Shown: one piece after another, positions 59,297 to 64,000 of the stretch
Layout of the letters: each line of letters opens with the position of its first letter
Position numbering within the stretch: the stretch's first letter is position 1
DNA from: Abditibacteriaceae bacterium
GTDB taxonomy: Bacteria > Armatimonadota > Abditibacteriia > Abditibacteriales > Abditibacteriaceae
Assembly (NCBI GenBank): GCA_965277285.1
Contig: OZ255721.1
Span: 3,200,001 to 3,264,000 of the forward strand
DNA: 64,000 nt
Direction of reading: 5' to 3'
Translations under genes and position numbers: made by a program
The notes under the pieces: model-generated
Told to the model about the DNA's origin: nothing
The model's input: only the letters and a program-made list of their open reading frames with translations
The model's database searches: none

Positions 59297-60610
59297 ATGT
59301 TGCTTAAACCCGGCGAACATTTGGAAGGCGCGCACGGCTCGTACGAAATGATCGAAGTGATCGGCCAGGGCGCTTATGGCACGGTTTTTCGCGCGCGCGA
59401 CGCCGAAGGCAATTTCGTCGTCGTCAAGCAACTCTTCGACACCGGCTCCAGCAGTCCCGAAGATTTCGATTATCAGCGCAAACTGTTTCGCCGCGAAGCC
59501 GAAATTCTGACGCAAATCAATTACCCGAAAATCGCGCGCGGCATCGAACTCATCGAACGCGACCCCGATTTGTTCTTTGTGCTGGAACTGGTGCAAGGCC
59601 AAAGTCTGCGCAAACTCTTCGACGATTGGCGCGTCGCGCACAACAATCAGCCATTTCCGCCCGAAACCGTCGTCGCCGTCGGTATCGAAATTTGCGACAC
59701 CTTGCATTACGTTCATATGCTGCCCGGCCAGATCATTTACCGCGACTTGAAGCCGGAAAACGTGATGTGGGACGGCGTTCACCAAGTTTGCAAACTCATC
59801 GATTTCGGCACCGCGCGCTTTTCCGCCAAGTCGAAAAAAGTGACTCAAGGCTTGGGAACCGAAGGCTACGCGCCGCCCGAACTGTATTCGACGCGCGCCG
59901 ATGTAACCTTTAGCGCCGATGTTTTCACCATTGGCGCCGTCATGTACGAACTGTTGACCGGCGAATCGCCCGAGCCAAAAATCACGCCGCGCGACTTTCG
60001 CGGCTACGATCCACAAATTCCCGATGGCCTGAAAAAGATTGTTTTGAAAGCGTTGCAAATTGATCCATTGAGTCGTTTTCAAACGGCGGGCGAAATGGGC
60101 GATGCTTTGCGCGCCCTGGGAATGGACGAGAATAAGCCCAGTCTGGAAGCCGTCGGCGCCGGACGCGCAACCAACTTGCATCCGCTTTTGTCGTGCTTTT
60201 GTCCCAACTGCGGCGCCGTCCCGCGCACGGATCGCGCGCTGTTCTGCGGCAAATGTCGCACGCCGATTCATACCGTAATGCTGCGCGTTTTGCCGCGTAA
60301 CGCGCCACCGACTTTGCTTTATTTGCAAAAAGAAGAAGCGCTTTTGGGCCGCACCGATCCCGACACCGGCGTTTTTCCCGACATTGACCTGAGCCGTTTC
60401 GATACGGGACGTTTTGTCAGCCGCCGTCATGCGACCATTAAACGCGACGGCACGCGCTTTTTCCTGACCTCAAATCCAACGCTCAACCCGACGCGCGTCG
60501 ATGGTTTCACGGTTTCGCCGGGCGCGACGGTTCCCTTGCAAAACGGCGCGCGCCTGGAGTTCGCCGATCTGGTGTCCAACTTCATCATTCGTCCCGTTGT
60601 GCAAGCGTGA
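59297..60610 (+). CDS. Ser/Thr protein kinase with zinc ribbon and FHA domain
   Basis: GQGAYG, VVKQ, YRDLKPEN, DFG, YAPPE; CPNC..CGKC; GR...VSRRHA...N.T. Confidence 0.95.
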   Translation: MLLKPGEHLEGAHGSYEMIEVIGQGAYGTVFRARDAEGNFVVVKQLFDTGSSSPEDFDYQRKLFRREAEILTQINYPKIARGIELIERDPDLFFVLELVQGQSLRKLFDDWRVAHNNQPFPPETVVAVGIEICDTLHYVHMLPGQIIYRDLKPENVMWDGVHQVCKLIDFGTARFSAKSKKVTQGLGTEGYAPPELYSTRADVTFSADVFTIGAVMYELLTGESPEPKITPRDFRGYDPQIPDGLKKIVLKALQIDPLSRFQTAGEMGDALRALGMDENKPSLEAVGAGRATNLHPLLSCFCPNCGAVPRTDRALFCGKCRTPIHTVMLRVLPRNAPPTLLYLQKEEALLGRTDPDTGVFPDIDLSRFDTGRFVSRRHATIKRDGTRFFLTSNPTLNPTRVDGFTVSPGATVPLQNGARLEFADLVSNFIIRPVVQA

Positions 60611-60622
60611 TAAATATGATGG

Positions 60623-60726
60623 AAAGTAAGAGTTTGTCATTCTGAGCGCAGCGAAGAATCTGGCTTAGAATATAGATTCGGGTGCCCTTTGGGCGGACTG
60701 CGCTCAGAATGACAAACTCTTACTTT
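60623..60726. repeat. TGTCATTCTGAGC-family REP carrying a GGGTGCCCTTTGGGCGGA insert
   Basis: Inverted arms; right arm interrupted at 60680-60697. Confidence 0.8.
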
Positions 60727-60795
60727 TTCGGCGTCATTGCACTTTCTATATAACCTCTCAGAATGACATGCTACAAGTTTTGAGTACTCGATCTT

Positions 60796-62760
60796 ATGAA
60801 TAACGAACTTTCCACCAATTCTGCGATGCTTGCGACTTCCAGCGCGGCACCGACGCCCGAAAGAACAACGGCGGAAGCTATCGCGCCGGAAATTGTTGCG
60901 CCCCAATCTGCGGCGCCTTCCACGTCCACGTTTTCGATGCCTTTGAGCGAACTTTCTGCAACGAACGCGGCGCCCAATGCGATTCCGCAAATCGCGTCAA
61001 CAACGCCGCCCGAACCGCCGCGCGCGCTTTCAGCAGGCGCGTTGTTAAAGGGCGAATACGAAATCAAAACCGTCTTATCGCGCGGCATGACCAACATTTA
61101 CGAAGCGCAATACGGCGATTATGGCGCGACCAGTCCGCTTCTCATTGCCGAACGCGATGTTCCGCCGCCGCAAACGCCAATCGCGCCGCCGTTAGTTTCC
61201 AGCACGGGAACACCTGTCGAATTGACTGTAACAAGCGCCGAAGATGTCGCGGAAGCGGCCTCGGCCACGACAGTTGATGACGCGGCGGGAAGCGGCGCTT
61301 TTCTGGAAGATGTGGACACGTTGCCGACTGGCGAAAACGCGCCGATGGGCGAAATCGTGCCGGTTGACGAAAGCGATCCGACTGGCGAAATGAGCCGCAC
61401 TTCGGTTCCACCATCGGCGCAGGCGAGCGAAATTCAAGAATTCAAAACTGAGGAATCGAGTACTGGAGCGGGAGCCAAAAGCGAAGCCAGCGCGCCGTTG
61501 CAATCGCCATTATTTCCGCAAAGCGCGCCGTTTGTGCAGGAAGAGCGCGAATATCTTGTCTTTGAATTTGCGTCGACAACCGCGCTGCAAGATTATCGTG
61601 AAGCGACCAACGACGAACGTTTGTTGGCGATGTTGAACACTCTGGCGAACGGCTTGAACGAGTTGAGCACGCGGAGTTTGCGCGCCGATTTTACGACCGA
61701 AACGTTGCGCGTCAATCCCAAAGGCGAATTGAAGTTTTACGGTTTTGTCGAAGCGAAAAAGCCCAACGTCGCGGACGAAGAGTTGGCGCAGTTGCGTTCT
61801 TTGACGGCGTTTTTACTGAAGCGCGTCTTCGCCGAATCTTCCACTATGCGCTTAGACGACGAGTTCGGTTCGCTGGCTTTGACCGAAGAAGTCAAGGCAT
61901 TGGCGCGACAGATAAACGACCGCGCCGGTTTTGAAACGATCCAGGAAGCGGCGGAAGCGATTGCGACATTAACTTCGAGTACTCGATTGCGCGTCGATTC
62001 GGCGATTGTCAGCGATGTCGGCCAGGAACGCGAATTGAACGAAGATTCCGGCTTTATTTTGAAGCTGCAGCGCCGCGCGCATCTGGGTTCGCGCGATTTG
62101 GAATTGTATGTCGTGGCCGATGGAATGGGCGGACACGAAGGTGGCGAAGTCGCCAGCGATTTGACGCTGAGTTCCTTGCAACGCAACTTCGACGCGCGCA
62201 TGGAAACCAATTGGAACGATAACGTCGCGGTGCGCAACGCTTTAATTGAAATTATCGACGCCGTGAACGCCGAAGTCGTCGCCCTGACCGAAACGCCGAA
62301 ATATCGTGCGACGCGCGCCAAGCCAGGGTCGACGCTGGTCTTCGGTTTGCGATTGGGAGCGCGCGTTTTCGTCGGCAACGTCGGCGACAGTCGCGCTTAT
62401 AAAGTGTCGAACGGCGTTCTGGAACGCGTTTCCAAAGACCATTCGTATGTGCAAACCTTGATTGACCGCGGCGAATTGACGGACGACGAAGCGTGGGATC
62501 ATCCCGAGGGAAGCGTGATTACGGCTCACATCGGCTTTGCGAAATTGAAGCAGCGCGATGTGTTTCTGCGGCTTTTCGCGCCCGGCGATAAACTGCTTTT
62601 GGTTTCCGATGGCGTGGTCGATATGCTCCGCGACCGCGATTTCGCGCCGCACATCGCGTCGAACGATCCGCAAGCTGTTTGTCAAAGTTTGGTGGATGCG
62701 GCGAACGCAGCGGGCGGCATGGATAATATTACGGTCGTGTGCGCGCAGTTTTCAGGATAA
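60796..62760 (+). CDS. PP2C-family phosphatase with N-terminal pseudokinase-like domain
   Basis: SDVG..RELNED, VADGMGGH, NVGDSRAY, SDG, GGMDNIT; N-terminal region retains kinase-like spacing. Confidence 0.9.
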   Translation: MNNELSTNSAMLATSSAAPTPERTTAEAIAPEIVAPQSAAPSTSTFSMPLSELSATNAAPNAIPQIASTTPPEPPRALSAGALLKGEYEIKTVLSRGMTNIYEAQYGDYGATSPLLIAERDVPPPQTPIAPPLVSSTGTPVELTVTSAEDVAEAASATTVDDAAGSGAFLEDVDTLPTGENAPMGEIVPVDESDPTGEMSRTSVPPSAQASEIQEFKTEESSTGAGAKSEASAPLQSPLFPQSAPFVQEEREYLVFEFASTTALQDYREATNDERLLAMLNTLANGLNELSTRSLRADFTTETLRVNPKGELKFYGFVEAKKPNVADEELAQLRSLTAFLLKRVFAESSTMRLDDEFGSLALTEEVKALARQINDRAGFETIQEAAEAIATLTSSTRLRVDSAIVSDVGQERELNEDSGFILKLQRRAHLGSRDLELYVVADGMGGHEGGEVASDLTLSSLQRNFDARMETNWNDNVAVRNALIEIIDAVNAEVVALTETPKYRATRAKPGSTLVFGLRLGARVFVGNVGDSRAYKVSNGVLERVSKDHSYVQTLIDRGELTDDEAWDHPEGSVITAHIGFAKLKQRDVFLRLFAPGDKLLLVSDGVVDMLRDRDFAPHIASNDPQAVCQSLVDAANAAGGMDNITVVCAQFSG

Positions 62761-62770
62761 AAGATTTTGA

Positions 62771-62936
62771 ACCGCAGAGACGTGGAAGCGCAGAGGAAAG
62801 GGAATCGAGTACTCAAAGTAACACTTTGTCATTCTGAGTGAAACGAAGAATCTAACTGCAATCAGATTCTTCGTTTCACTCAGAATGACAAAGTGTTGAG
62901 GTGATTCTGTTCTCTTTTCTTCGCGTCCTCTGCGGT
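62771..62936. repeat. Nested repeat: ACCGCAGAG outer arms, palindrome variant (62805), inner TGTCATTCTGAG REP (62820-62897)
   Basis: Same layout as 17505-17686. Confidence 0.8.
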
Positions 62937-62963
62937 GAATTGAAAGAAGTTTGAGGAGTGAGA

Positions 62964-64000
62964 ATGGATGCGATTCAAATCAGAACGGCGTTAGATAAAG
63001 ACTTTCGGCCTTTGCGCGGCGATTTCGTGCAAACCTTGATGATCGAGTTGACGCCGCAGCGCGGCATGAGCACCTTGCCGATGAACCTGGGCATTTTGCT
63101 CGATGTGTCCGGCTCGATGGAAGGCGCCAAGCTGGAAAACGCCAAGCAAGCGTGCAACCTTTTGCTGGAACAATTGAAGCCGGAAGATCGCGCCGCGGTC
63201 TGCGTTTTTTCGAGCGGCGCGCGCACTATTGTGCCGTCGCAGCGCTTCGACGATTCGGTTAAAAAAATGGCGCAACGCGAAGTTGCGCACTTGCAAATCG
63301 AGGGCGCGACGGAACTTTTGGCGGGCTTGAATCAGGTTTACGCCGAAGTCGCGCCGCATCGTTCGCCTGAGGTTACGACGTTTGTGATTTTGCTGTCCGA
63401 TGGCGAGCCGACCGATTCGCAGGGTTATCGCGTCAAAACTCTCGATCAGTTTTTGCAGCGCACCGACGCCGAATTCAAAACCAACGGCGTTTCGCTTTCG
63501 ACGATTGGCTTGGGCAGCGCGTCCGATTACGACGCAGCGTTTTTGCGCGATTTGGCGGACAAAGGCTCCAGCAAGTTTCTGATGGCGCAGCAGCCGCACG
63601 AACTGGCGGACGCTTTCCAGGACGAATTCGGGCGCATTCAAAGCACGGTTTTGAGCGACGTGGCGATTGAAGTTCATCGCTTGAACGGAACTGTCAGGCG
63701 TTTCTGGCGCGTCGTACCGGACAAGAAGATTTTCGATCCGCCCAAAGTGCAGGACGGCAGTTTTCGCGTCGGCGTCGGCTCGATTCAAAACGATCAGCCG
63801 CAAGCGTATTTGATTGATGTCGTGACCGGAACGCCGACCAATCCCGCCGGTCGCGGCTTGTTGTGTCAGGTCGCGGCGGTCGTGATTTCAAGTGGCGTCG
63901 AGCATCGCGCGGAAACCAACGTTCTGGTCGGCTATTCCGACAACGAATTGGAACTGGCGCAACGCAACGGCGAAGTTTTGAAATTGAACGAAGAAGCCGT
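62964..64000 (+). CDS. vWA-domain protein, 3' truncated by window
   Basis: Manual translation from ATG 62964 (GAGGAG RBS): LLDVSGSM MIDAS, GAT, LLSDGEP, TIGLG; absent from the ORF track because it is open-ended. Confidence 0.9.
   Translation, partial: MDAIQIRTALDKDFRPLRGDFVQTLMIELTPQRGMSTLPMNLGILLDVSGSMEGAKLENAKQACNLLLEQLKPEDRAAVCVFSSGARTIVPSQRFDDSVKKMAQREVAHLQIEGATELLAGLNQVYAEVAPHRSPEVTTFVILLSDGEPTDSQGYRVKTLDQFLQRTDAEFKTNGVSLSTIGLGSASDYDAAFLRDLADKGSSKFLMAQQPHELADAFQDEFGRIQSTVLSDVAIEVHRLNGTVRRFWRVVPDKKIFDPPKVQDGSFRVGVGSIQNDQPQAYLIDVVTGTPTNPAGRGLLCQVAAVVISSGVEHRAETNVLVGYSDNELELAQRNGEVLKLNEEA

Larger units (their letters stand above)
1262..61986. repeat. Highly iterated palindrome TCGAGTACTCGA (dispersed; span of first to last perfect copy)
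   Basis: About 43 perfect copies counted by eye plus about 25 copies with 1-2 mismatches. Confidence 0.97.

Noticed and set aside
1262..61986. Palindrome copies as a CRISPR array or integron attC sites
   Set aside because: Only 12-14 bp, dispersed about 1 kb apart, often inside core genes; no cas or intI genes and no attC-like R/L box structure
62991..63803. 270-aa minus-strand ORF and the many other overlapping ORFs in the track
   Set aside because: Antisense or out-of-frame shadows of well-supported genes (here the open-ended vWA gene), expected at this GC content

Overview
Bacterial chromosomal window of moderately high GC, densely coding, from a diderm (secretins, RND pump); the gene style suggests an Armatimonadota/Abditibacteriota-like lineage (low-confidence inference). 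Core content: a tRNA(Thr-Tyr-Thr)-rpmG-tRNA(Trp)-secE-nusG-rplKAJL cluster lacking tuf and rpoB, tRNA(Gln)-glmU(N-domain only)-prs-rplY-pth, trpF, rlmN, ispH, kimA-trkA-trkA and two tandem amt genes. Accessory content: a split MprF-like pair with a membrane-anchored esterase, three tandem secretin paralogs plus a GspG-like gene, an AT-rich restriction-modification island, two divergent paralogs with an HPD-less J-like domain (one with CBM6), a P450/GT1 pair and a kinase/pseudokinase-PP2C/vWA module. The dominant unexplained signal is the 12-bp palindrome TCGAGTACTCGA (often 14-bp ATCGAGTACTCGAT): about 43 perfect and about 25 near-perfect copies by eye, roughly one per kb, in intergenic DNA and inside genes (read as SSTR, SSTG or RVLE/D). 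It also forms the centre of terminators, sits in the loops of nested REP elements and brackets small cargo-like genes. At least five further REP-like repeat families are present, often nested. All counts and coordinates were made by eye.
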